This document shows positions 20,645-30,580 of a DNA stretch of 64,000 nucleotides, in pieces. Both the position numbers and the translations under genes were made by a program. Origin of the DNA: a bacterium (lineage in GTDB: Bacteria; UBA8248); contig CBDBBI010000010.1 in NCBI GenBank assembly GCA_965202625.1, forward strand, positions 2,112,001 through 2,176,000, in the 5' to 3' direction. Under the pieces are notes generated by a model, which was given only the letters and a program-made list of their open reading frames with translations, made no database searches and was not told the DNA's origin. Within the stretch, counting starts at the first letter, position 1. Each line of letters begins with the position of its first letter.

Positions 20645-22131
20645 CCCTGCCCCTTTCCCTCCAGCGCGACGTAGAACGTCGAGCCTCGCCGCTCGATGAG
20701 GAGCAGATTTCCCTCGCCCTCCCCTTTTTTGAGCGCCGCGCGCAGCCCTTCCGTGTCGGCGACCGTCTTGCGGTTCGCCTCTACGATGACGTCACCCCGG
20801 CGCAGGCCGGCCCGGTCCGCGGGCGTATCCGGCAGAACGTTGGAGATGACGACGCCCTTTTTCGTTTTCGCGCGGATTTCTTTTCTGATTTCAGGCGTGA
20901 GGTCTTGCGCCTCGATTCCCAGCCTTTTCTGAAACGCGGGCTTGAACGCCTTCGCCAGTTGCTTTGGTCCGGGCAGCTTGCCCACCTTGAGGCTGATGCT
21001 TTGCTTCTTGCCGTCGCGGATGAGGGCGATTTTCGCGGTCGCCCCCGGCGTTAAATCCGCAGCCATGAGAGAAAGTTCGCGGGGGCTTTCGATTTGTTTC
21101 TCATCAACGCTTACGATGACGTCGCCTCTTTTGATGCCCGCCTTTTTCGCCGGCCCATCCTCCGCCAGATGAGAGACCAGAGCGCCGCGCGTCTCTTTCA
21201 GCCCCAATTCCTTCGCCAGGCTTTCATTGACGGGCTGAATGGATACGCCCAGAAATCCACGGTTCACCACCCCTTTGCGAAGCTGGGGGATGAGTTTCTT
21301 CGCCATGTTGATCGGAATGGCGAAGCCGATGCCGATGTTTCCGATGCCCCTGCTGAAGATGGCGGTGTTGATGCCCACGACGTTGCCGCGCAGGTCGAAC
21401 AGGGGCCCTCCGCTGTTTCCGGGGTTGATGGAGGCGTCCGTCTGAATGAAGTTGTCGAATCGGCCCGAGCCGATGACGCGCCCCTTGGCGCTGACGATTC
21501 CGGCGGTCACCGTGTGGGACAGCCCGAAAGGGTTTCCGATGGCCATCACCCAGTCGCCGACGCGAAGTTTTTGGCTGTCCCCCAGCTTCGCCTGGATGAA
21601 CGTATCCCCCGGCTTCGTCTCCACCTGAAGCAGCGCGATGTCGGTCTGGGGGTCACGTCCCACGATCCGCGCCTCTCTTTTCCTTTTGTCCTTGAGGCGC
21701 ACCGTGATTTTTATCGCGTTCTCGACCACGTGGTTGTTCGTCATGATGAGCCCGCCGGCGTTGACGATGAAGCCGGAACCCTGCTGGGACGTCCGTCGAG
21801 GCGCGGAGTCTGGCCGCAAGCCGCCTCTGGGTCTGGAGTGGAAGGGTCCCCCGTAGAAGCGTCTGAAAAATTCTTTCCACTCGTCGGGCACTCCCGGAAT
21901 TCCGCCTCCTCGTCCTCTGCTCGTCCTCTGCGTCTCCGTTTCGGCGCGGATGTTCACCACGGAGGGGCTCAGCTTTTCCGCCAGCTCGGCCAGGGACGGC
22001 AGACCGCCCGCGCTGACTGCGGACTGCGCGTCCATCGGCGCGGAAAACAAGGCGAATCCAAGCAGTGCCGCCATGAGAGAAAAACGGGCGCACGCCCATT
22101 TGGATTTTGAAAGATAGAGATGGTCTCGCAT
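20641..22131 (-). CDS. degP: Do/DegP/HtrA family serine protease with two PDZ domains
   Basis: TNNHV, DIAL, IQTDASINPGNSGGPL; signal peptide. Confidence 0.93.
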   Translation of the reverse strand: MRDHLYLSKSKWACARFSLMAALLGFALFSAPMDAQSAVSAGGLPSLAELAEKLSPSVVNIRAETETQRTSRGRGGGIPGVPDEWKEFFRRFYGGPFHSRPRGGLRPDSAPRRTSQQGSGFIVNAGGLIMTNNHVVENAIKITVRLKDKRKREARIVGRDPQTDIALLQVETKPGDTFIQAKLGDSQKLRVGDWVMAIGNPFGLSHTVTAGIVSAKGRVIGSGRFDNFIQTDASINPGNSGGPLFDLRGNVVGINTAIFSRGIGNIGIGFAIPINMAKKLIPQLRKGVVNRGFLGVSIQPVNESLAKELGLKETRGALVSHLAEDGPAKKAGIKRGDVIVSVDEKQIESPRELSLMAADLTPGATAKIALIRDGKKQSISLKVGKLPGPKQLAKAFKPAFQKRLGIEAQDLTPEIRKEIRAKTKKGVVISNVLPDTPADRAGLRRGDVIVEANRKTVADTEGLRAALKKGEGEGNLLLIERRGSTFYVALEGKGQG

Positions 22132-22388
22132 TTTTCCTCCTCGCCCCGTTCAGTCCCATATGCCGGCGGCAATAAAGGCCACAACATTCGTTTAGATACA
22201 CCAAAGTTCCATTCGGGGGCAAACGTGCAAACGGGGAGGGGGGGCTGAGCGACGCGCAAGCGCCGCTTTGCCCGGAGGCGCGCCCCTCCGGGCATCGACC
22301 CCAAAGGGAGGGAAGGATATGATCCGCATGGGCCATAACGGAAGCCGGATGCGGGCGCGAGAAGGAGCGTTTTTGAAATGACGGGCGC

Positions 22389-23264
22389 ATGACCCTCGAA
22401 ACCCAAACCATCGTGCTGGCGATTTCTGCGGCTTTCGCCAGTGCGGTGACGAACGTCGCCTTTGCGCCCGTCTTGCGGCAGATGGGTTCGTTCGCCCTGG
22501 TCCAGTTCAACAACGTCGGCAACGCCGTGATGCTGGGGGCGATCGGGTTCTGGATGTATGCGCCAGGGAGCTTTCGCTGGGAGGCGTTCGCCTGGTTCAG
22601 CGCTCTGGGCGTGATGAACTACAGCATCAACCGCTGGGTGTTCTACACGGGAATGAAAATGGTCGGCCCCTCTCGCCACATCACCATCACGAGCATGGTT
22701 CCGCTCCCCACCCTGCTTTTGGCGGTCGTTTTTCTGGGGGAGCAGCCCGGCCGCCTGGTGCTGCTCGGAACGTTTCTCGTCGTTCTGGGCGTGGCGGCGG
22801 TGAGTTACGAGCCCTCCGGCGGAAGGTGGTTTCGGGCGGGAATCGGCTGGTCGCTCACGAGCATGCTCATGCTGGTCGCCAGCGCCTTCATGCGAAAACA
22901 GGGCATGTCCTACATGGCGGCACCCGCCCTGCTCACCGCCTGGTCGGCCCTCGTCGCCATTCCCACCTCCGAGGCGCTGCGCCGCTTTTTGCCCAGGCGT
23001 TATTTTGAATGGGGCGCAAGGCGCTACCTTCCGTTGATGGTGTTCGGAATGACGGTGAACGGGTTGATGCAAATCCTCATCAACCTCGCCCTTCAGGGCA
23101 AGCTCTCGCTGGCGGCGCCCATTCTGAGCGGCACGCCGATTTTCGCCCTGTGTCTCTCCGCGCTGTTCCTGCGGGACGTCGAACGCCTGAACGCGCGCGT
23201 GGCGGTGGGCGTGTGCATCGCCGTGGTAGGCATCGTGGCGGTGGGGGTCGGTCGGCACGGCTAG
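22389..23264 (+). CDS. DMT/EamA family transporter
   Basis: About 10 TM segments and FLGE motif. Confidence 0.85.
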   Translation: MTLETQTIVLAISAAFASAVTNVAFAPVLRQMGSFALVQFNNVGNAVMLGAIGFWMYAPGSFRWEAFAWFSALGVMNYSINRWVFYTGMKMVGPSRHITITSMVPLPTLLLAVVFLGEQPGRLVLLGTFLVVLGVAAVSYEPSGGRWFRAGIGWSLTSMLMLVASAFMRKQGMSYMAAPALLTAWSALVAIPTSEALRRFLPRRYFEWGARRYLPLMVFGMTVNGLMQILINLALQGKLSLAAPILSGTPIFALCLSALFLRDVERLNARVAVGVCIAVVGIVAVGVGRHG

Positions 23265-23313
23265 TACCGTGCTGTTCTGTTGCTTTCTCACGCGAGAACG
23301 GGCGTATTCTGCG

Positions 23314-24183
23314 ATGGACAACACGACGGGGATTCTCTGGGGGCTGGCCGCAGCCCTTCTTGCGGCGTTCACGGGCGTTCTCGCCGCCAGGCCCTTGCGG
23401 CACATGGGGCTGATGTCCGCCACCCTGCTCACCAACGTCTTCAACATGCTCGTCCTCGCTCTTTTCGGCTGGTGGGAATATGAGCACGCCCACGTCACGC
23501 TCGAGGGCGTCCTGTGGTTCGCCCTTCTGGGCGTCACCGCCTACAGCTGCGGGCGCCTCGTCTATTACAAGGCGATTGACGCCATCGGCCCCCCGAGGCT
23601 CATGACGATCATGAGCGCCTCCCCCCTGCTCAGCCTCGCTCTGGCCGTTCTTTTTCTGGGCGAGAAGCCTGGGCCGGCCGTTCTGGGCGGCACGGCTCTC
23701 GTCGTCCTCGGCGTCGTTCTGGTGAGCTACGAACCCGGGCGGGGCCGCTGGCTGCAGACGGGAATTCTGTGGGCTTTCGCCAGTGCGATCTCTCTGGGCG
23801 TGAGCGTGTTCATTAGAAAGAAGGGTCTGGCCGCCATGCCGAACGTAGGCCTTACCGTCGCGTGGTCGAACATGGTGAGCATCCCCATCATCTACAGCCT
23901 CAGGCTCCTCGCCCCGCCCGCCCTCTTTGACTGGGGGCCGCGCTGGGCGGTGGCGACCATCATTCTGGTGGGCGTGCTGAACGCGGGCAACCAGATGCTC
24001 TACAACCTCGCCATCATCAACGCCGAGGTCAGCGTCGTCGGGCCCATCATCGCCTCCATGCCGATATTCTCCGTCATCTTCACCGCGCTCATGCTGCGCG
24101 ACATGACGCGGGTCCGCCCCCGGCTCGTCCTCGGCGTGTGCGTGACGGCGAGCGGCATGGCGGCCATCGCCCTGGGCCGCTGA
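23314..24183 (+). CDS. DMT/EamA family transporter (tandem paralog)
   Basis: About 10 TM segments, FLGEKP, and VSYEP..GRW shared with the upstream paralog. Confidence 0.85.
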   Translation: MDNTTGILWGLAAALLAAFTGVLAARPLRHMGLMSATLLTNVFNMLVLALFGWWEYEHAHVTLEGVLWFALLGVTAYSCGRLVYYKAIDAIGPPRLMTIMSASPLLSLALAVLFLGEKPGPAVLGGTALVVLGVVLVSYEPGRGRWLQTGILWAFASAISLGVSVFIRKKGLAAMPNVGLTVAWSNMVSIPIIYSLRLLAPPALFDWGPRWAVATIILVGVLNAGNQMLYNLAIINAEVSVVGPIIASMPIFSVIFTALMLRDMTRVRPRLVLGVCVTASGMAAIALGR

Positions 24184-24319
24184 GGAGGTTTGTGAGCCGC
24201 GCGGCGAGTGGGGCGGAGGACGTCGCGCGCCCCCCCGTTCCTCTACAGGAGGGCGAATACTTCACCCGCACTCGCAGGCGTGTCCGCGATGCGCTTGTCT
24301 TGACTGTAGTTTGCGGCTA

Positions 24320-25219
24320 CTAAAATTTAGTCACGGGTAGGTAGGCTTCGCCAGTTTGCGAGGCGTTCCGCCTGATACGTTCGATAACGTCCTGAAAGCC
24401 GGATATTCCCCTCAATACGTGGTATAAATGGTTGTGATCCAGCAGAAGAAGAGGTGTTTTTTTGCCGGATGCCTCTTGCTTCGCGACCGGACTATATCCA
24501 CATATAGAAACGAACACGCCCATCGTATTGTCAGCCTTGGTTTCAACTTTCGAACGAAAGATATCGATATCGGGTGCTCCCGTCTGATTTGTCGTGAACT
24601 TGCACTCAACAAGGTAGGTTGTATCACCGATAGTAATTGATCCGTCGATTTCACGTCCACCCGTTTTATATGGTCGTCGAGAGGTAATCTCGCTAAAATC
24701 CATCAACTTATAAAACCATTTCTCGAAGCCTTTGCCTGCGGAGGGCGATCCTTTCTCGCTCACGAGATCGCAGAGTTTGTTCTCAAGTGATTGAAGGGTT
24801 TGCTGAGACGCTCGGGTCTGAGCTTGAGACTTGTGGAATTTTCTGCGTGCCTCCTGTTTTTGTTTTTCTGACGTAATCTGTGTGTTCTGTTTTGACAGAT
24901 AACGCCGGAGCGTATCGACTGCACTTTTTGCGGTGGCGATCTTATTTTCGCTATCCTCCCAGTTTTCGAGGTCTGGAAAGGCTGTTTGCTCTGAAAGGGA
25001 TCGAGCGAGTTCGATAATCTTCCTTCTTTGTTCGGTTTTCTGGAGCAATTCGAAAACACGCGACAGATAATCTCTCTTTGTTTCATTGGGAAGCCATTCA
25101 GGCAGATCTTGTATCTGTAATGCTCCCAAAAATAATGAAAGTTTATTTCTGCGCCAGAAGGATTTAAGTGCCGCGTCAAAGGTAAGATCGACGAGATGGG
25201 GGGTAAGTTGTGTCTTCAA
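24320..25219 (-). CDS. Mrr-cat-like PD-(D/E)XK restriction endonuclease
   Basis: GKGFEKW, REIDGSI..YLVECKF, GVFVSICGY; visibly AT-richer than the flanks. Confidence 0.8.
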   Translation of the reverse strand: MKTQLTPHLVDLTFDAALKSFWRRNKLSLFLGALQIQDLPEWLPNETKRDYLSRVFELLQKTEQRRKIIELARSLSEQTAFPDLENWEDSENKIATAKSAVDTLRRYLSKQNTQITSEKQKQEARRKFHKSQAQTRASQQTLQSLENKLCDLVSEKGSPSAGKGFEKWFYKLMDFSEITSRRPYKTGGREIDGSITIGDTTYLVECKFTTNQTGAPDIDIFRSKVETKADNTMGVFVSICGYSPVAKQEASGKKTPLLLLDHNHLYHVLRGISGFQDVIERIRRNASQTGEAYLPVTKF

Positions 25220-25580
25220 TTTAAGTCCTCACCGACATGCCGTTCATAACCGACGCGAAAAAAAATTCAATATATCCCATTACAGATGAAGAACTAACAA
25301 AAGAAATATACATCATACTTCTAATTCCGCATCATCCATAATTTCATCACGCGAAACGCCTACGTTCTTTTCCTGTGCAGGACCTTGCCAGTAGTTCATT
25401 TTGCCTCGCCTCTCCCGAGGGGGCGGAATGACGGCTTTCGCCGTCCGGGCGGCCATGCGGAGTTCGCGTAGCGCACGGGACCGGAACCGGCGGAATGCGG
25501 GCGAATTGTGGAGGGTGTGCGTATGCGCTATACGTGGAAAATAGCTTTTCATGCGGTCTTGAGCGGGGAGTGTCGGCGAT

Positions 25581-28500
25581 ATGTCCGGAGATGATCGGCG
25601 CGCGACGCTCGAGACCGTCTTCGACGGCGCACTCCTCACGCGCGATTTCCTCGAGGCCGGCATCACCGGAATGGAGGAGTGGGAAGCGTTTGACGACTCC
25701 GCCCTGGACGCCCTCGAAAGCGCGCTTTGCGAGGTTTTCGGGCGTTTTCCGACGGACGGCACGCCCAACGAGAGCCAGACGGAGGACGACCTCATCTGGC
25801 CCGTCCTTGAGCGCCTCGGGTGGAGCGCGCACCTGCGCCAGCAGAATCTCTCGCCACGCGGCAGACGCGAGGTGCCCGACGGCCTCCTGTTCGAGGATGC
25901 GGCGGCGAAGGCCCGCGCCAATGGCCTTTCCTCCGAATGGCGGCGCTATGCGTTCGGCCTCGCCATGGTGGAGTGCAAACGCTGGGGGCTTCCGCTCGAC
26001 CGCCGCTCCGACAGCGAGGAAACAGCGCCCGCACCCTCCACCCAGATGTCGCTCGGCTTCTCCGCGCGCGCGAGGAGAGCCAACAGACGCCCGACCCAGG
26101 CGCCCGCACCCTCCACCCAGATGCTCCACTATCTGCGGCGCGCGGACGACCTGACGGACGGCAGCCTCCGTTGGGGCGTCCTCACCAACGGGGCGCGCTG
26201 GCGGCTCTACTACTCCGGTGCGCGTTCGGTTTCCGAGCAGTTCTTCGAGGCCGACCTCGCGCGCATCCTGCATCCGCCCGGGCGCGAGGAGGACGCATCC
26301 GCTCTCGACGAAGACGCGCGCCGCCACTGCCTCAAAGCGTTCGCGCTCATGTTTCGGTGCGAAGCCTTTCTGCCGACCGCAGAGGGTGGGCGCGCGTTTC
26401 ACCAGCGCGCGATGGAGGAGGGGCGGCGCTACGAGGAGCGCGTCGCCGACGATCTTTCCGCTCTGGTGTTCCAGAAAATTTTCCCCGATCTCGCCGCTGC
26501 CATCGCCGCCGCCGCCCCCGACGCCCCGCTGGAGGAGGCGCGCGAGGCCGCCCTGGTCGTCCTGTATCGTCTTTTGTTCATCTTCTACGCGGAGGACAGA
26601 AACCTCCTCCCCGTTCGGGACGATCGCTACGACGCCCTGAGCCTGCGCCAGAGGGTGCGCGACGACGTCGGGCACCGCATGAGCCGGAACGACCGATCCT
26701 TCTCGACGCGCGCGACCGCCTACTGGTCGGCGTTTGGCGATCTTTGTCGGCTGATTGATGCGGGCGACGCCTCCATCGGCCTGCCGCCTTATAACGGCGG
26801 GCTTTTTGATCCGGCGCGCACGCCGGTTCTCGACCGGGTACGTCTCGACGATAGCCTGATGGCGGGCATGGTGGACGCCCTCTCGTTCGAGAAAACGCAA
26901 GCCGGCCGCCGCTACATCAACTACCGGGATCTCGGCGTCCAGCAGCTGGGCTCGATTTACGAGCGCCTGCTCGAGTATGAGGTCGTCCGCCTCGGAAGCG
27001 AAGTCGATGTCCGCCTCAACGCCTTCGCGCGCAGGGGCTCAGGCAGCTACTACACGCCGGACGATCTGGTCGGCCTCATCATCGAGGAGACGGTCGGCCC
27101 GCTCGTTCGCGCGCGGATGGACGCTTTCGGGGAGGCGGCGGCAAAACGCGCGGGAAAGCGGAAAGTTACAGAAGAGGAGCGCGCGGGGCTGGAGAGGTGC
27201 GATCCGGCGGAGCGCATTCTGGAGATGAGAGTCTGCGACCCGGCGATGGGCTCGGGGCATTTCCTCGTCAACCTCGTGGACTACCTCGCCGACAGGGTCA
27301 TCGAGGCCATGGCCGGAGCGGAGGCCGCCGCGGAGGGCTACGTCTCGCCGCTGGCCGGACGAATCGAGGAAATCCGCGAGACCATCAAGGCGAACGCGGC
27401 GAAAGGCGTCTGGCGGCTGGAGGAGGCGCAGCTGGACGATCGCCGCATCGTCCGCCGCATGGTGCTCAAGGGCTGCGTTCACGGAGTGGACAAGAACTCC
27501 ATGGCGGTGGAACTCGCCAAGGTGGCGCTCTGGCTCCACACCTTCACGGTGGGCGCACCGCTCAGTTTTCTGGATCACCACCTGCGCTGCGGAGACAGCC
27601 TTTTCGGCGCATGGGTGCGGGAGGGGAGCGAGAGGGCGGAGGCGCGCGGCGGCGCGCTCTTTTTGCGCGAACCCATCCAGCGGGCGATGCGGGCGGCGGC
27701 GCCGATGCGGGAAGTCGAGCGGCTCACCGACGCGGAGATGGCCGAGGCGCGCGAATCCGCCGCGCGCTTCTCCGAGGTGGAGGAGGGAACGGCGCCGCTC
27801 TCCGACCTGCTTTCCTTAGTCCACGCCCTCGACTGGCTACGCCCGAAGGAGGAGGAAGACAAAGCCGCGCTTCAAGGCTTCTTCTCCGGCGCGTTCGGCG
27901 ATCCGCTCGATATCGTCCAGGGCACAGCGCCGAGGGACGGGCGGGGGTCGAGGCGCCTCGCCGCCATTCTTGAGCGCGCGCGGATGCTGATGGAGGAGGA
28001 GCGCTTTTTCCACTGGCAGGTGGCGTTTCCCGGCGTGTGGTCGGAGTGGGAGCGCGCGGAACGCCAAGGTGGTTTCGACGCCGTTATCGGCAATCCGCCC
28101 TGGGACAGGGTGAAGCTCCAGCAGGTGGAGTGGTTCGCCGCCCGTCGGCCGGATATCGCCATGGCCCCGCGTGCCGCCGACCGCAAGCGGATGATCGCCG
28201 CGCTGGTGGAGGAGGAAGACCCGCTCGCCGGCGCGTTCGCCAGGGCGAGTGCGCGCGCGGCGGATGCGGCCCGCATGGTGCGAACCTCCGGCGACTACCC
28301 CCTGCTCTCGGGCGGAGACGTGAACCTCTACTCCCTGTTCGTCGAGCGTGCCATGTCTCTGGTGAAGCCGGAAGGTGCAGTCGGCCTGCTCGCACCCTCC
28401 GGCATCGCCTCGGACAAGACGGCGGCGCGGTTCTTTCGGGGCGTGGCGACGGAAGGGCGTCTGCGCGCCCTCTATGACTTCGAGAACAAAAAGGTGTTCT

Positions 28501-29735
28501 TTCCCGCCGTTCACGCATCGTTCAAGTTCTGCGTTTTCGTCGCCGGCGCCTCACCGACTGAAAGGCCGGCCAGGTGCGCGTTCTATGTGCACGACGTATC
28601 GGAACTGAAAGACCCCGAGCGATGCTTCCCCCTCATGCCGGAGAATTTCGCCCGCGTGAACCCGAACACGGGCACCGCCCCCATCTTTCGCACGCGGCGG
28701 GACGCCCGGCTGACCACCGCCATCTACGACCGCCTGCCCGTTCTGGTGAATCGCTCCTCAAACGCGGCGGTGAAGACGTGGCCGGTGAAGTATTCGACCA
28801 TGTTTCACATGACCAACGACTCTGCTCTGTTTCGCACGCGCCGGGAGCTCGAGGAAAACGAGGGTGCCTGGCCGGTTGGCGGCAATCGCTACCGCAGCAG
28901 GGCGGGAGAGTGGGTTCGGCTCTATGAGGGCAAGATGGTACAGGCGTTCGACCACCGCGCGGCCCGCGTCGTCGTGAACCCCGGAAATACGCACCGTCCC
29001 GCTCAGCCCGTACCCGCCACCCTGGCACAGCATGAGGATCCGGACTGGCTGCCCGATCCGCAGTATTGGGTGTTGAAGAGCGAAATATCATTTCCAAGGG
29101 CATCATATTTGCTAACGTTCAAGGACGTGACCGCACCTACCAACGTCCGATCCATGATTGCGACGTTGATCCCAAACGGAGGTGCCGGGAATACGCTTCC
29201 TGTCGTGTTAATGGATGAAAGACAAACCGCCGGAGAAACTGCGAGCTTGCTTGCTAATTTCAATGCGATACCGTTTGACTATGTTGCGCGCCAGAAAATT
29301 CAGGGCCAGCATCTCAACTGGTATATCGTCGAACAGCTCCCCGTCGTTCCGCCCGAAACGTTTGAGACTACCCTCTTTGGCCCTAAAACTGCCGGAGAGA
29401 TTGTGCGGGAAGCCGTCCTGGAGCTCACCTACACCGCCCACGACATGGCACCCTTCGCCCGGGATATGGGCTACGTGGATGATGCGGGCGAGGTGCGCGC
29501 ACCCTTCGTCTGGAACGAGGAGCGTCGTCTGCGGCTTCGGGCGAAGCTGGACGCCGTGTTCTTTCATCTCTACGGCGTTGCGGATCGGGACGAGGCGGCC
29601 TACGTCTATTCCACCTTCCCCATCGTCGAGGCCCAGGAGAAGAAGGCTTGCGGCTGCTACCGCTCGCGCGACCTGTGCCTCGCCTGGATGAACGCCCTCG
29701 CCGCCGGCGCACCGGATGCGGACGTGTGCCTGTGA
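25581..29735 (+). CDS. type IIG restriction-modification enzyme (nuclease + N6-adenine MTase + TRD)
   Basis: N-terminal PD...ECK, LTNG..WRLY, GSYYTP, DPAMGSGHF, VIGNPPW; 1384 aa. Confidence 0.92.
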   Translation: MSGDDRRATLETVFDGALLTRDFLEAGITGMEEWEAFDDSALDALESALCEVFGRFPTDGTPNESQTEDDLIWPVLERLGWSAHLRQQNLSPRGRREVPDGLLFEDAAAKARANGLSSEWRRYAFGLAMVECKRWGLPLDRRSDSEETAPAPSTQMSLGFSARARRANRRPTQAPAPSTQMLHYLRRADDLTDGSLRWGVLTNGARWRLYYSGARSVSEQFFEADLARILHPPGREEDASALDEDARRHCLKAFALMFRCEAFLPTAEGGRAFHQRAMEEGRRYEERVADDLSALVFQKIFPDLAAAIAAAAPDAPLEEAREAALVVLYRLLFIFYAEDRNLLPVRDDRYDALSLRQRVRDDVGHRMSRNDRSFSTRATAYWSAFGDLCRLIDAGDASIGLPPYNGGLFDPARTPVLDRVRLDDSLMAGMVDALSFEKTQAGRRYINYRDLGVQQLGSIYERLLEYEVVRLGSEVDVRLNAFARRGSGSYYTPDDLVGLIIEETVGPLVRARMDAFGEAAAKRAGKRKVTEEERAGLERCDPAERILEMRVCDPAMGSGHFLVNLVDYLADRVIEAMAGAEAAAEGYVSPLAGRIEEIRETIKANAAKGVWRLEEAQLDDRRIVRRMVLKGCVHGVDKNSMAVELAKVALWLHTFTVGAPLSFLDHHLRCGDSLFGAWVREGSERAEARGGALFLREPIQRAMRAAAPMREVERLTDAEMAEARESAARFSEVEEGTAPLSDLLSLVHALDWLRPKEEEDKAALQGFFSGAFGDPLDIVQGTAPRDGRGSRRLAAILERARMLMEEERFFHWQVAFPGVWSEWERAERQGGFDAVIGNPPWDRVKLQQVEWFAARRPDIAMAPRAADRKRMIAALVEEEDPLAGAFARASARAADAARMVRTSGDYPLLSGGDVNLYSLFVERAMSLVKPEGAVGLLAPSGIASDKTAARFFRGVATEGRLRALYDFENKKVFFPAVHASFKFCVFVAGASPTERPARCAFYVHDVSELKDPERCFPLMPENFARVNPNTGTAPIFRTRRDARLTTAIYDRLPVLVNRSSNAAVKTWPVKYSTMFHMTNDSALFRTRRELEENEGAWPVGGNRYRSRAGEWVRLYEGKMVQAFDHRAARVVVNPGNTHRPAQPVPATLAQHEDPDWLPDPQYWVLKSEISFPRASYLLTFKDVTAPTNVRSMIATLIPNGGAGNTLPVVLMDERQTAGETASLLANFNAIPFDYVARQKIQGQHLNWYIVEQLPVVPPETFETTLFGPKTAGEIVREAVLELTYTAHDMAPFARDMGYVDDAGEVRAPFVWNEERRLRLRAKLDAVFFHLYGVADRDEAAYVYSTFPIVEAQEKKACGCYRSRDLCLAWMNALAAGAPDADVCL
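26025..26123 (+). repeat. 24-bp direct repeat bracketing an in-frame insertion in the IIG gene
   Basis: GCGCCCGCACCCTCCACCCAGATG at 26025-26048 and 26100-26123 (APAPSTQM twice, 75 bp apart). Confidence 0.9.
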
Positions 29736-29823
29736 TAAAATGTAGCGGGCTGTGCGTGTTGCCAGGGCATGATCAACAAATCACTTTTTGGATAAGGTGA
29801 ACGGGAATTTTGGGATATCACAT

Positions 29824-30051
29824 ATGGTCAAGGTAGCGAGAGTTTCTGGGCGTGAGGCGGCCCGAGTGTTTGAAAAAGCGGGATGGGTTTTTGGCAGACG
29901 GAAGGGTAGCCATATGATCTACGTAAAAGACGGAGCGGAAAGACACCTTTCGATCCCTGATCATAAAACCCTGAAGATCGGACTGCTCATCAAGTTGATA
30001 AAAGCCGCGGGGCTGACGCCGCAAGAGTTTGAAGAATTGGGGCGAAAATAG
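29824..30051 (+). CDS. hicA: HicA family toxin
   Basis: GW...R.KGSH, IPDH..L.IG, IKAAGL..EF. Confidence 0.9.
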   Translation: MVKVARVSGREAARVFEKAGWVFGRRKGSHMIYVKDGAERHLSIPDHKTLKIGLLIKLIKAAGLTPQEFEELGRK

Positions 30052-30071
30052 GCTATAGTCGTGGAGGAGGC

Positions 30072-30188
30072 ATGATGAGTGCCGATAAAAAAGACCTGAT
30101 ATGTGTTGACAAAACTGTGTTTGACGCCAAAAGTTTGACTGACGCCAAAAGTTTGACGCCAAACGGAAAATATCTTATATTTTATTAA
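30072..30188 (+). CDS. possible 38-aa ORF between hicA and hicB
   Basis: GGAGGAGG RBS, then MMSADKKDLICVDKTVFDAKSLTDAKSLTPNGKYLIFY*. Confidence 0.3.
   Translation: MMSADKKDLICVDKTVFDAKSLTDAKSLTPNGKYLIFY
30122..30163. repeat. tandem 18-bp repeat with three TGACGCCAAA cores
   Basis: TGACGCCAAAAGTTTGAC at 30122 and 30140; third core at 30154. Confidence 0.9.
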
Positions 30189-30280
30189 ATATCAGGTTGG
30201 TGCTGGGCCGACCTCAAGCGAACGCGAGAGAGACGATGGGGTGTAATGAAGCACACACCCTAAAGGAAGAGAGAGCCGCG

Positions 30281-30580
30281 ATGAAGCAATATATTCATGT
30301 TCTCAATAAAAGCAGTTATGGCTCGTTCCGGATCGCCCTGGAGCCAGACGAGGTGGACGGCGGATACGTCGCCGAGTGCTTGGACCTCGAAGGCTGCTTT
30401 TCAGAGGGCGATACCCAGGAAAGCGCGCTTGCCAACATTGGCGAGGCGATAGAGGGCGTATGCGAATCCATGATGGAACACCACGGGCGCGTCATGCACT
30501 CCACCGAGAGTTCTGACACGCATTCGGAATCCTCGGAAGAGATATACACCAGCACGCCTCGCACTCTCAAATACGCATAG
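30281..30580 (+). CDS. hicB: HicB family antitoxin (no obvious C-terminal DNA-binding domain)
   Basis: DGGYVAECLDLEGCFSEGDT.E.ALANI.EAIE. Confidence 0.88.
   Translation: MKQYIHVLNKSSYGSFRIALEPDEVDGGYVAECLDLEGCFSEGDTQESALANIGEAIEGVCESMMEHHGRVMHSTESSDTHSESSEEIYTSTPRTLKYA

Noticed and set aside
24250-24275. GEYFTR peptide as an HsdM remnant
   Set aside because: Only about 5 residues match and there is no further similarity.
25313-25409. 28-aa ORF MNYWQGPAQEK... upstream of the Mrr-like gene
   Set aside because: Too short to assign; it may be a remnant but I cannot support that.
30197-30225. TGGTGCTGGGCC...GCGAAC as a reversed tRNA 3' end or att core
   Set aside because: The spacing does not fit T-arm and acceptor-stem geometry.
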